From contig QQVM01000021.1 of assembly GCA_003389385.1 (NCBI GenBank), positions 7,299-71,298 of the forward strand: a DNA stretch of 64,000 nucleotides. The letters run 5' to 3'. Each line of letters starts with the position of its first letter. Within the stretch, counting starts at the first letter, position 1. Source of the DNA: Bacteroidota bacterium. GTDB taxonomy: Bacteria > Bacteroidota > Bacteroidia > AKYH767-A > 2013-40CM-41-45. Below the pieces are notes generated by a model that saw only the letters and a program-made list of their open reading frames with translations, searched no databases and was not told the DNA's origin. The position numbers and the translations under genes are program-made. This document shows, one piece after another, positions 1-9,240 of the stretch.

Positions 1-35
1 CTGAAAAATCTTTTTAAAATTATTTTTCAGGAAAA

Positions 36-66
36 TTGGCAATTCAAAAGTCCTTTTCTAAATTTG
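36..66 (+). promoter_or_regulatory. Bacteroidota sigma-A promoter of the tRNA-tuf operon
   Basis: TTG at 36-38, 20-nt spacer, TAAATTTG at 59-66 matching the -33/-7 (TAnnTTTG) consensus. Confidence 0.8.
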
Positions 67-114
67 CACTCCCTTTTTTAAGGGTAGTGCGTTCGTTGAA
101 AATCGAACAAATTC

Positions 115-188
115 GCCGATGTAGCTCAGTTGGCCAGAGCTACTGATTTGTAATCAGTGGGTCGGGGGTTCGAATCCCTCCATCGGCT
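115..188 (+). tRNA. tRNA-Thr(TGT)
   Basis: Cloverleaf with GCCGATG/CATCGGC acceptor stem, anticodon arm ACTGA-TTTGTAA-TCAGT, GGTTCGAATCC T-arm; CCA not encoded. Confidence 0.97.
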
Positions 189-230
189 CTTGTTCTTTAA
201 AATTTATGCAGTTATTCAATTAACCGAGAA

Positions 231-311
231 GGGGAGATACCAGAGTGGCCAAATGGGACGGACTGTAAATCCGTTGCGCAAGCTTCGAAGGTTCGAATCC
301 TTCTCTCCCCA
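231..311 (+). tRNA. tRNA-Tyr(GTA)
   Basis: GGGGAGA/TCTCCCC acceptor stem, anticodon arm ACGGA-CTGTAAA-TCCGT, long variable arm, GGTTCGAATCC. Confidence 0.97.
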
Positions 312-394
312 CTCATTCTTTGATGGGATGCGTTTCCATTTACCTGCAATGCACATTCAAACTTTGCAGGAAAATGAAACCGGAATGACAACAA

Positions 395-470
395 GCGGAA
401 GTAGCTCATTTGGTAGAGCATCAGCCTTCCAAGCTGAGGGTGGCGGGTTCGAGCCCCGTCTTCCGCTCCA
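395..470 (+). tRNA. tRNA-Gly(TCC)
   Basis: GCGGAAG/CTTCCGC acceptor stem, anticodon arm TCAGC-CTTCCAA-GCTGA, CCA encoded. Confidence 0.97.
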
Positions 471-480
471 GTAATTTCCG

Positions 481-553
481 GCCAATGTAGCTCAGTTGGT
501 AGAGCACATCCATGGTAAGGATGAGGTCACCAGTTCGATCCTGGTCATTGGCT
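481..553 (+). tRNA. tRNA-Thr(GGT)
   Basis: GCCAATG/CATTGGC acceptor stem, anticodon arm CATCC-ATGGTAA-GGATG; canonical Thr-Tyr-Gly-Thr-tuf order. Confidence 0.96.
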
Positions 554-661
554 CTATTATTATTACTGCTGAATAGTACAGATGCGCTTCCAGCTACCAC
601 TATTCGGTTCTTGATCATAAACAATTTCAGTTAAACTCTAATCACTTAAATATCCATTGCC

Positions 662-1849
662 ATGGCAAAAGAAAAATTCGACCGTTCCAAACCACACGTA
701 AATATCGGAACAATCGGTCACGTAGATCACGGTAAAACCACTCTTACTGCTGCAATCACCACGGTGCTTGCGGAAAAAGGTTTTGCTGAATTGCGTTCAT
801 TTGATTCTATCGACAACGCTCCAGAAGAAAAAGAGCGTGGTATTACCATTAACACTGCTCACGTAGAATATCAGACTGATAACCGTCACTACGCTCACGT
901 TGACTGTCCTGGTCACGCTGACTACGTAAAAAACATGGTTACTGGTGCCGCTCAAATGGACGGTGCTATCCTGGTTGTTGCTGCTACTGACGGTCCAATG
1001 CCTCAGACTCGTGAGCACATCCTCCTTGCTCGTCAGGTAGGTGTTCCGAAAATCGTTGTGTTCATGAACAAAGTGGACATGGTTGACGATCCTGAACTCC
1101 TTGACCTTGTTGAAATGGAAATCCGTGAGCTTCTCAGCTTCTACGAATTTGACGGCGACAATACTCCTATCATACGTGGTTCTGCTCTTGGTGGTCTGAA
1201 TAAGGATGCTAAATGGGTTGAAACAATCATGCAGCTAATGAATGCTGTAGATACTTACATTCCAATTCCTCCTCGTGAAGTTGACAAGCCATTCCTTATG
1301 CCGGTTGAAGATGTATTCTCAATCACAGGTCGTGGTACAGTTGCTACAGGGCGTATCGAGCGCGGTGTAATCAACTCCGGAGAAGAAGTCGAAATCATCG
1401 GAATGCAAGAGAAATCACTGAAGTCTACTGTTACCGGTGTGGAAATGTTCCGTAAAATCCTTGACAGAGGTGAGGCTGGTGATAACGTTGGTCTGCTCCT
1501 CCGTGGTATCGAGAAAACCGATATCCGCCGCGGAATGGTTGTGGCTAAGCCTGGTTCAATCACTCCTCACACTGAGTTCAAAGCTGAAATCTATGTACTG
1601 AAGAAAGAAGAAGGCGGTCGCCACACTCCTTTCCACAATAAATATCGTCCGCAGTTCTACCTGCGTACTACCGACGTTACCGGTGAGATTACACTTCCAG
1701 AAGGACGTGAAATGGTAATGCCTGGTGATAACGTAACTATCACTGTTACCCTCATCCAGCCTGTTGCAATGGATAAAGGTCTCCGCTTCGCTATCCGTGA
1801 AGGTGGTCGTACAGTGGGTGCGGGCCAGGTTACTGATATCATCAAGTAA
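662..1849 (+). CDS. tuf: Elongation factor Tu
   Basis: [21 protein letters not shown] and NKVD motifs; 395 aa. Confidence 0.99.
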   Translation: MAKEKFDRSKPHVNIGTIGHVDHGKTTLTAAITTVLAEKGFAELRSFDSIDNAPEEKERGITINTAHVEYQTDNRHYAHVDCPGHADYVKNMVTGAAQMDGAILVVAATDGPMPQTREHILLARQVGVPKIVVFMNKVDMVDDPELLDLVEMEIRELLSFYEFDGDNTPIIRGSALGGLNKDAKWVETIMQLMNAVDTYIPIPPREVDKPFLMPVEDVFSITGRGTVATGRIERGVINSGEEVEIIGMQEKSLKSTVTGVEMFRKILDRGEAGDNVGLLLRGIEKTDIRRGMVVAKPGSITPHTEFKAEIYVLKKEEGGRHTPFHNKYRPQFYLRTTDVTGEITLPEGREMVMPGDNVTITVTLIQPVAMDKGLRFAIREGGRTVGAGQVTDIIK

Positions 1850-1869
1850 TCAGGTATAAAATTCAGGTG

Positions 1870-1902
1870 ACAGCAGGCGGTGGAAACACAGTCTGCTGTT
1901 TC
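1870..1902 (+). terminator. Stem-loop after tuf (weak terminator or processing hairpin)
   Basis: ACAGCAGGC-G-GTG-GAAA-CAC-A-GTCTGCTGT with a GNRA loop and only a short T tract. Confidence 0.5.
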
Positions 1903-1950
1903 CTGTCATTATCCGGCGGATTTCTTAATGTCTTCCACGGACCTGAGTAC

Positions 1951-2023
1951 ACGGGTGTAGCTCAATTGGTAGAGTAGCGGTCTCCAAAACCGTTGGCTGG
2001 GAGTTCGAGTCTCTCCACCCGTG
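1951..2023 (+). tRNA. tRNA-Trp(CCA)
   Basis: ACGGGTG/CACCCGT acceptor stem, anticodon loop CTCCAAA; usual position before secE. Confidence 0.96.
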
Positions 2024-2084
2024 CTGATCAAACCGAGGGGAAGAAATTTGAACTGAACCAGGTGATTAATTAAAAAAATCAGAT

Positions 2085-2279
2085 ATGAGCAAAATAGCTG
2101 CATACTTTAAGGAAAGTTACAACGAACTTGTACATAAGGTATCCTGGCCTTCATGGGAGGAGCTCCAAAGTAGCGTGGTTGTGGTCATGGTGGCTACACT
2201 CATTATCACTCTCATTATTTTCGCGATGGACTTCTCATTCCAGTCTTTCATGAACCTGTTCTATAAAATGATTGGATAA
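2085..2279 (+). CDS. secE: Preprotein translocase subunit SecE
   Basis: ELVHKVSWPS motif plus one TM helix; synteny. Confidence 0.95.
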   Translation: MSKIAAYFKESYNELVHKVSWPSWEELQSSVVVVMVATLIITLIIFAMDFSFQSFMNLFYKMIG

Positions 2280-2291
2280 TCGGAGGGAAAG

Positions 2292-2855
2292 ATGACTGAA
2301 GCAACAAATCCTAAGGAGCTGGTGAAAAAATGGTATGTAGTGCGTGCAATCAGCGGTAAGGAGAAAAAAGTGAAACAATACATTGAGCATGAGATCAATC
2401 GTCTCAAACTGAATGATTACGTTTCTCAGATTTTAATTCCGACTGAAAAGTTTTACCAGATCCGTAACGGGAAAAAGGTAAGCAAGGAAAGAAACATCCT
2501 TCCAGGTTATGTGCTTATCGAAGCAACTCTGACCGGTGAAATTCCTCACATCATTGAGAATGTTACCGGAGTGATTTCTTTCCTGGGAGCCAAAGGTGAA
2601 CCCCCTGCTCCATTACGCCCTGCTGAGGTCAGCCGAATTCTTGGAAAAATGGATGAACTGGCAGACAGTGAAACCGTGATGAGTGTGCCTTATGTGGTGG
2701 GAGAAACCGTGAAGGTGATAGATGGTCCGTTCAACAGTTTCAGCGGCGTGATTGAAGAGATTAATGAAGAGAAGAAAAAACTCAAGGTAATGGTGAAAAT
2801 CTTCGGAAGGAAGACACCGCTTGAGCTAAATTATATGCAAGTCGAAAAAGAATAA
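2292..2855 (+). CDS. nusG: Transcription termination/antitermination factor NusG
   Basis: KWYVV, PGYVLI NGN domain and KOW domain (VIDGPF...IFGRKTP). Confidence 0.97.
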   Translation: MTEATNPKELVKKWYVVRAISGKEKKVKQYIEHEINRLKLNDYVSQILIPTEKFYQIRNGKKVSKERNILPGYVLIEATLTGEIPHIIENVTGVISFLGAKGEPPAPLRPAEVSRILGKMDELADSETVMSVPYVVGETVKVIDGPFNSFSGVIEEINEEKKKLKVMVKIFGRKTPLELNYMQVEKE

Positions 2856-2960
2856 TCAATATAGAGACACGCATTCACGGATGCAGAGACGATACAGGCT
2901 TCCACTGTTTTCACCTCAAATTCACGCTGATACGCTCAAGTCTCAATAATTTTACAAGCC

Positions 2961-3398
2961 ATGGCAAAAGAAATAAGTACATACATAAAACTTCAGGTAA
3001 AGGGCGGAGCCGCTAACCCTGCGCCTCCAATTGGTCCTGCATTGGGTGCAAAGGGAGTTAACATCATGGAGTTCTGCAAACAGTTCAATGCAAGAACCCA
3101 GGATCAGGCTGGCAAAGTTTTGCCGGTAATTATCACGGTTTATACTGATAAGTCTTTCGACTTCATCATTAAGACTCCTCCTGCCGCAGTTCAGTTGCTT
3201 GAACTCGCGAAAATCAAGAGTGGATCTAAAGAACCAAACCGAAACAAAGTTGGATCAGTAAGCTGGGATCAGGTGCGTCAGATTGCAGAAATCAAAATGC
3301 CTGACCTGAACTGCTTCACCATCGAATCAGCAATGAGTATGGTTGCTGGTACTGCCCGCAGTATGGGTATTAATGTAGAAGGAGAGAAACCTTTCTAA
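2961..3398 (+). CDS. rplK: 50S ribosomal protein L11
   Basis: [29 protein letters not shown]. Confidence 0.99.
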   Translation: MAKEISTYIKLQVKGGAANPAPPIGPALGAKGVNIMEFCKQFNARTQDQAGKVLPVIITVYTDKSFDFIIKTPPAAVQLLELAKIKSGSKEPNRNKVGSVSWDQVRQIAEIKMPDLNCFTIESAMSMVAGTARSMGINVEGEKPF

Positions 3399-3448
3399 TC
3401 GAATTCGCTTCCCTTTCACAGGGCACTTGAATTCTGAACAACATATTT

Positions 3449-3490
3449 ATTCACAGGAGGAGGGGGAGATCCCATCAAACCCGTTTGAAC
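3449..3490 (+). promoter_or_regulatory. Putative L1 autoregulatory mRNA leader before rplA
   Basis: GG-AGGAG-GGGG-AGAT-CCC-ATCAAA-CCC layout resembles L1-binding sites (GGAG internal loop with a capping hairpin). Confidence 0.5.
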
Positions 3491-3507
3491 TTCAAAACTT
3501 AATTGCA

Positions 3508-4200
3508 ATGCCAAAAATCAGTAAAAAGAGAAAACAAGCTCTGGCAAAAGTTGATCAGAGTAAGTCTTACAACCTGGCTGACGCTGCTAAAATCGTTAAG
3601 GACATTACCACTGCAAAGTTCGATGCTTCAGTTGATCTGAGTATCCGCCTTGGTGTAGATCCCCGTAAAGCTAATCAGATGGTTCGTGGTGTGGTGACTC
3701 TGCCGCACGGTACAGGTAAGACTAAGAAAGTACTTGTACTCTGTACTCCAGACAAAGAAGCTGAAGCGAAAGAAGCAGGAGCGGATTTTGTCGGATTGGA
3801 TGATTATATCCAGAAGATCGAGCAGGGATGGACAGACATTGATGTAGTTATCACCATGCCAAGCGTAATGGGTAAAGTTGGTAAACTCGGTAAGGTTCTC
3901 GGACCTCGTAACCTGATGCCTAATCCAAAGACTGGTACGGTGACCACAGACATTGCGAAAGCTGTAACAGAAGTAAAGGCAGGTAAAATCGATTTCAAAG
4001 TCGATAAGCAGGGCAGTATTCATGCATCTGTAGGCAAGGTTTCTTTTGACTCCAAGCAAATCGCTGAGAACGCAAATGAACTTCTTCACACAATCATCAA
4101 GCTGAAGCCATCGGCAGCAAAAGGCACTTACATGAAGAGTGTGTACATGAGTAGCACCATGAGCCCTTCAGTGCAGATTGATACAAAATCATTGTCATAA
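3508..4200 (+). CDS. rplA: 50S ribosomal protein L1
   Basis: [25 protein letters not shown]; start moved to ATG 3508 (MPKISKKR). Confidence 0.98.
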   Translation: MPKISKKRKQALAKVDQSKSYNLADAAKIVKDITTAKFDASVDLSIRLGVDPRKANQMVRGVVTLPHGTGKTKKVLVLCTPDKEAEAKEAGADFVGLDDYIQKIEQGWTDIDVVITMPSVMGKVGKLGKVLGPRNLMPNPKTGTVTTDIAKAVTEVKAGKIDFKVDKQGSIHASVGKVSFDSKQIAENANELLHTIIKLKPSAAKGTYMKSVYMSSTMSPSVQIDTKSLS

Positions 4201-4241
4201 ACCGGGATCTCGTCCGGACAAACTATAAAACGTAACCTGAT

Positions 4242-4769
4242 ATGAAAAAAGAAGAAAAGGACGTGATCATTGGCGAGATCACTGAACTATTGGAAAAATA
4301 TCCTACAGTATATATCACAGACACTTCAGCGCTTACCGTGGAGAAAACAAACAAACTCCGCAGCCTGTGCTTCAAGAAGGGTGTGAAAATGCTTGTTGCC
4401 AAAAACACACTCATTCGCAAGGCAATGGAGAAGCAGAGCGATGAGTCTTACAAAGAGCTTTTCTCCACACTCAAAGGTACAAGTGCCTTGATGTTCTCAG
4501 AAACAGGGAATGTTCCTGCAAGGCTTATCAAGGAATTCCGCAAAGGTGGTAGTGAAAAACCTCTACTGAAGAGTGCCTGGGTTGAAACCGCTGTATTTCT
4601 CGGAGAAAACCAGCTTGATATGCTCACCGCTCTGAAGTCTAAGAACGAACTCATCGGCGACATCATCGGATTGCTCCAGTCTCCTGCTAAGAATGTTGTT
4701 TCTGCTCTCCAGAGCAGCGGTGGCAAACTCGCGGGTATCGTGAAGACTCTCTCCGAGCGTCCAGCGTAG
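4242..4769 (+). CDS. rplJ: 50S ribosomal protein L10
   Basis: VAKNTL motif; synteny. Confidence 0.97.
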   Translation: MKKEEKDVIIGEITELLEKYPTVYITDTSALTVEKTNKLRSLCFKKGVKMLVAKNTLIRKAMEKQSDESYKELFSTLKGTSALMFSETGNVPARLIKEFRKGGSEKPLLKSAWVETAVFLGENQLDMLTALKSKNELIGDIIGLLQSPAKNVVSALQSSGGKLAGIVKTLSERPA

Positions 4770-4845
4770 TTCAGTAAAAAAAGAATGCTTCCAACCAATT
4801 ATATTAATTCAAACTGAAATCATTAACAATTAAAACCAAATAAAA

Positions 4846-5226
4846 ATGGCAGATCTCAAGACATTTGCCGAGCAGCTTGTAAACCTCTCGGTAAAAGAAG
4901 TAAATGAACTCGCGAAAATCCTGAAAGATGACTATGGCATCGAGCCAGCTGCTGCAGCTGTTGCAGTTGCTGCTCCAGCTGGTGGTAGTGGCGATGGCGC
5001 TGCTGCTGCTGAGAAGACATCTTTCGATGTTATCCTGAAGTCGCCAGGTGGCGCGAAACTGAATATCGTGAAACTGGTGAAGGAAATGACCGGTCTTGGT
5101 CTTAAAGAAGCAAAAGACCTGGTAGACGGTGCTCCAAAGCCAGTGAAAGAAGGAGTTTCCAAAGAGGAAGCTAACTCTATCAAAACACAACTGGAAGAAG
5201 CGGGCGCAGAAGTTGAAGTTAAGTAA
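4846..5226 (+). CDS. rplL: 50S ribosomal protein L7/L12
   Basis: Ala-rich hinge, [21 protein letters not shown]. Confidence 0.99.
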   Translation: MADLKTFAEQLVNLSVKEVNELAKILKDDYGIEPAAAAVAVAAPAGGSGDGAAAAEKTSFDVILKSPGGAKLNIVKLVKEMTGLGLKEAKDLVDGAPKPVKEGVSKEEANSIKTQLEEAGAEVEVK

Positions 5227-5252
5227 GCTACTGGCTTCTGTTTGCGCTCCTT

Positions 5253-5300
5253 TATAGACCTTTCCGGGCCTACGGTCCGGGAGGGTCTATATCCTTTTTT
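5253..5300 (+). terminator. rplL-rpoB attenuator/terminator hairpin
   Basis: TATAGACCTTTCCGGGCC-TAC-GGTCCGGGAGGGTCTATA long stem followed by TCCTTTTTT. Confidence 0.75.
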
Positions 5301-5366
5301 AACTCTGAAATGTACCCCTGCATTAAAAGTTAAAAAATATCAATTCAATAACTAAACCCCAGCAAC

Positions 5367-8300
5367 GTGTCAATAGCCATAAACCCCAGCAAGAGAATTA
5401 ACTTCTCAACAAGTAAACATACAATTGAATATCCTGACTTCCTGGATATCCAGCTTAAGTCATTCAAAGACTTTTTCCAGCTTGAAACAACTTCAGACAA
5501 TCGTCAACAGGAAGGCCTGTTCAAAGTTTTCAGTGAAAATTTTCCGATTTCTGATTCAAGGAACAATTTCGTTCTGGAATTCCTTGACTATTTTATTGAT
5601 CCTCCTCGCTACTCAATCGAAGAGTGCATAGAGAGAGGTCTGACTTACAGCGTTCCGCTGAAAGCCAAACTAAAACTGTATTGTACCGATCCTGAACACG
5701 AAGATTTCGAAACAATTGTGCAGGATGTGTACCTGGGTACGATCCCTTATATGACTCCTAAAGGCACATTTGTCATAAACGGTGCTGAAAGAGTGGTTGT
5801 GTCCCAGCTTCACCGTTCACCGGGCGTGTTCTTCGGACAAAGCCGTCACGCGAACGGAACTAAACTTTATTCAGCCAGGGTAATTCCTTTTAAAGGATCC
5901 TGGATTGAATTCGCAACTGACATCAACAGTGTCATGTATGCTTACATCGACAGGAAGAAAAAATTCCCTGTAACTACATTGTTGCGTGCAATAGGTTATC
6001 AGACAGATAAGGAAATCCTTGAAATCTTCGGACTTGCTGACGAATTCAAAGTGACTAAGTCTGGAATCAAAAATATCCTCGGAAGAAAACTTGCAGCTCG
6101 TGTGCTTAAGTCATGGGTAGAGGATTTCGTGGATGAGGACACAGGTGAAGTTGTTTCCATCGAGCGTAATGAAGTAATTATAGAAAGGGAAACCATCGTA
6201 GAAGAAGATCACCTCGATCTTATCATCGAATCAGGCGTGAAATCTATCATCCTGCACAAGGAAGATATGAACACCAATGATTACGCAATCATTTACAATA
6301 CTCTTCAAAAAGATACATCCAACTCCGAAAAGGAAGCGGTAGAACATATTTACAGGCAGCTCAGAAATGCCGAGCCACCGGATGAGGAAACAGCAAGGGG
6401 AATCATTGACAAGTTGTTCTTCTCTGATAAGCGTTATGACCTTGGGGATGTCGGACGCTATAGAATCAATAAAAAACTCGGCCTCGAGATTGAAGATGAT
6501 ATCCGTGTACTAACTAAGCAGGATATTATCGAAATCATTCGCCAGCTCATTCAGCTGGTGAATTCAAAAGCTGAAGTGGATGATATCGATCACCTTTCTA
6601 ACAGACGTGTCCGTACCGTAGGTGAACAGCTGTATTCTCAGTTCGGAGTTGGACTTGCACGTATGGCAAGAACCATCAGAGAAAGAATGAACGTGAGGGA
6701 TAATGAAGTGTTCACTCCGACTGATCTGATCAACGCGAAGACTCTGTCTTCAGTGATCAACTCTTTCTTCGGAACAAACCAGCTTTCTCAGTTCATGGAT
6801 CAGACAAATCCTCTTGCTGAGATTACTCACAAGCGCCGTCTGTCTGCACTCGGACCAGGAGGTCTTTCACGTGAAAGAGCAGGATTCGAAGTTCGTGACG
6901 TACATTATACTCACTACGGACGACTTTGCACAATTGAAACTCCTGAAGGCCCGAACATCGGTCTGATTTCTTCGCTTTGTGTATATGCGAAAATTAATAA
7001 CCTTGGTTTCATAGAAACTCCATACCGCACTGTTACAAACGGAATGGTAGATGTGAATGAGCAGGTGATTTACCTGACTGCTGAAGAAGAAGACAACAGG
7101 GTTATCGCTCAGGCGAATGCGAACGTAAATGAAAAAGGAGAGTTTCTTGATAACAGGGTGAAAGCTCGCTATGAAGGAGACTTCCCGGTAGTTGAACCTG
7201 AGAAAATCAATCTGATTGATGTTGGTCCTAACCAGATCGCTTCAATTGCGGCATCTCTCATTCCATTCCTTGAGCACGATGACGCGAACCGTGCTCTCAT
7301 GGGATCAAACATGCAGCGCCAGGCCGTGCCTCTGCTCAGGCCTGAAGCTCCTATCGTAGGGACAGGTCTTGAAGGACTTGTTGCACGTGACTCACGCGTG
7401 TTGATCAATGCGGAAGGTGATGGCGTAGTCGAATATGTAGACTCGAAAGAAATCGTGATCCGCTATAACCGCAAGGAGAATGAAAAGCTCGTAAGTTTCG
7501 AGGACGATGTTAAATCGTACTCTCTGACAAAATTCCAGAAGACTAACCAAAGCACTTGCATCAACCTGAAACCAATTGTGGTGAAAGGTCAGAAAGTAAA
7601 AAAAGGTCAGGTGCTTTCTGAAGGATATGCTACGCAAAACGGAGAACTTGCTCTTGGAAGAAACCTGAAAGTGGCATTCATGCCATGGAAAGGTTACAAC
7701 TTCGAGGATGCTATTGTAATTTCTGAAAGAGTTATCCGCGAAGATATCTTCACATCTATTCACGTGGATGAGTACAGCCTCGAAGTAAGGGATACCAAGA
7801 GAGGTATGGAAGAACTTACCGCTGATATTCCTAATGTAAGTGAAGAAGCTACCCGCGAACTCGATGAGAACGGAATTATCCGCATCGGAGCAGAAGTGGT
7901 GGAAGGTGATATCCTCATCGGAAAAATCACTCCTAAAGGTGAGACAGATCCTTCGCCTGAAGAAAAACTTCTTCGTGCAATCTTCGGTGACAAAGCGGGA
8001 GATGTAAAGGATGCATCATTGAAAGTTCCACCTTCTGTAAAAGGTGTTGTAATCGACAAGAGACTTTTCAGCCGTGTAATCAATAAGGACAAGACTCAGA
8101 AGAACGATGAAAAAGTTCAGCTTGAGAAACTCGACAAAGAATACAACCAGGCTGTTCCTGAATTGAAACAGAAACTCATCGACAAACTTTTTGTATTGGT
8201 GAGCGGCAAGACTTCTCAGGGCGTGACTGACATCTTCAAGGAAGTAATCATTCCTAAAGGTGCAAAATTCACTCAGAAGATGCTTTCTGAAATCAACTAT

Positions 8301-9182
8301 GAAACTGTTAATCCTGAAAAGTGGACAACAGACAAAGAGAAGAATGATCAGATTAAGCAGTTGCTTCACAACTACAACATCAAATTCAATGATGTTACAG
8401 GTCTGTATAAGCGTAAAAAGTTTGCTCTCCAGGTCGGAGACGAACTTCCTGCTGGTATCGTTCAACTTGCCAAAGTATATATCGCCAAGAAGCGTAAGCT
8501 TAAAGTGGGTGATAAGATGGCAGGACGCCACGGTAACAAGGGTATCGTAGCCAAGATTGTTCGTGATGAAGACATGCCATTCCTGGAAGACGGAACGCCG
8601 GTTGACATCGTACTCAATCCACTTGGCGTACCTTCCCGAATGAACCTTGGTCAGATTTATGAAACGATTCTTGCATGGGCGGGTGAAAAGCTTGGAATGA
8701 AATTCTCAACTCCTATTTTCGACGGCGCTACTCTTGAACAGATCGATGAGTATGTCTCTAAAGCCGGACTGCCTAAGTTCGGATCCAGTTATCTCTATGA
8801 CGGAGGAACAGGTCAGCGTTTTGACCAGCCGGCTACTGTGGGTATCATCTACATGATGAAACTCGGTCACATGGTGGATGACAAGATGCACGCAAGGTCT
8901 ATCGGACCATATTCACTCATCACTCAGCAACCACTCGGCGGTAAGGCCCAGTTCGGTGGACAAAGGTTCGGAGAAATGGAAGTTTGGGCTCTCGAAGCAT
9001 TCGGAGCCGCCAATATTCTGCAGGAAATTCTGACTGTGAAATCTGACGATGTAATCGGAAGAGCTAAGACTTATGAGGCAATTGTAAAGGGTGATAACCT
9101 GCCTACACCGGGAATTCCGGAGTCTTTCAATGTATTGTTGCATGAACTCAGAGGCCTTGGTCTCAAGGTTACTCTCGACTAA
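5367..9182 (+). CDS. rpoB: RNA polymerase beta subunit
   Basis: [30 protein letters not shown]; GTG start. Confidence 0.99.
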   Translation: MSIAINPSKRINFSTSKHTIEYPDFLDIQLKSFKDFFQLETTSDNRQQEGLFKVFSENFPISDSRNNFVLEFLDYFIDPPRYSIEECIERGLTYSVPLKAKLKLYCTDPEHEDFETIVQDVYLGTIPYMTPKGTFVINGAERVVVSQLHRSPGVFFGQSRHANGTKLYSARVIPFKGSWIEFATDINSVMYAYIDRKKKFPVTTLLRAIGYQTDKEILEIFGLADEFKVTKSGIKNILGRKLAARVLKSWVEDFVDEDTGEVVSIERNEVIIERETIVEEDHLDLIIESGVKSIILHKEDMNTNDYAIIYNTLQKDTSNSEKEAVEHIYRQLRNAEPPDEETARGIIDKLFFSDKRYDLGDVGRYRINKKLGLEIEDDIRVLTKQDIIEIIRQLIQLVNSKAEVDDIDHLSNRRVRTVGEQLYSQFGVGLARMARTIRERMNVRDNEVFTPTDLINAKTLSSVINSFFGTNQLSQFMDQTNPLAEITHKRRLSALGPGGLSRERAGFEVRDVHYTHYGRLCTIETPEGPNIGLISSLCVYAKINNLGFIETPYRTVTNGMVDVNEQVIYLTAEEEDNRVIAQANANVNEKGEFLDNRVKARYEGDFPVVEPEKINLIDVGPNQIASIAASLIPFLEHDDANRALMGSNMQRQAVPLLRPEAPIVGTGLEGLVARDSRVLINAEGDGVVEYVDSKEIVIRYNRKENEKLVSFEDDVKSYSLTKFQKTNQSTCINLKPIVVKGQKVKKGQVLSEGYATQNGELALGRNLKVAFMPWKGYNFEDAIVISERVIREDIFTSIHVDEYSLEVRDTKRGMEELTADIPNVSEEATRELDENGIIRIGAEVVEGDILIGKITPKGETDPSPEEKLLRAIFGDKAGDVKDASLKVPPSVKGVVIDKRLFSRVINKDKTQKNDEKVQLEKLDKEYNQAVPELKQKLIDKLFVLVSGKTSQGVTDIFKEVIIPKGAKFTQKMLSEINYETVNPEKWTTDKEKNDQIKQLLHNYNIKFNDVTGLYKRKKFALQVGDELPAGIVQLAKVYIAKKRKLKVGDKMAGRHGNKGIVAKIVRDEDMPFLEDGTPVDIVLNPLGVPSRMNLGQIYETILAWAGEKLGMKFSTPIFDGATLEQIDEYVSKAGLPKFGSSYLYDGGTGQRFDQPATVGIIYMMKLGHMVDDKMHARSIGPYSLITQQPLGGKAQFGGQRFGEMEVWALEAFGAANILQEILTVKSDDVIGRAKTYEAIVKGDNLPTPGIPESFNVLLHELRGLGLKVTLD

Positions 9183-9240
9183 TCATCTTTCAGTGCATTG
9201 ATTCATTAATTCAGAATTCCCAAACAAAAAACTAAAGAAG

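Noticed and set aside
481-553. Purine (A) at position 32 of tRNA-Thr(GGT)
   Set aside because: A common variant in bacterial tRNA-Thr(GGU)
157-624. ORFs 157-474(+), 212-421(-) and 421-624(-)
   Set aside because: They overlap four clear tRNA genes and are shadow ORFs
3427-3507. TTG-initiated N-terminal extension of L1, and AGGAGG as its SD
   Set aside because: L1 homology starts at ATG 3508; AGGAGG is about 47 nt upstream and fits a leader structure better
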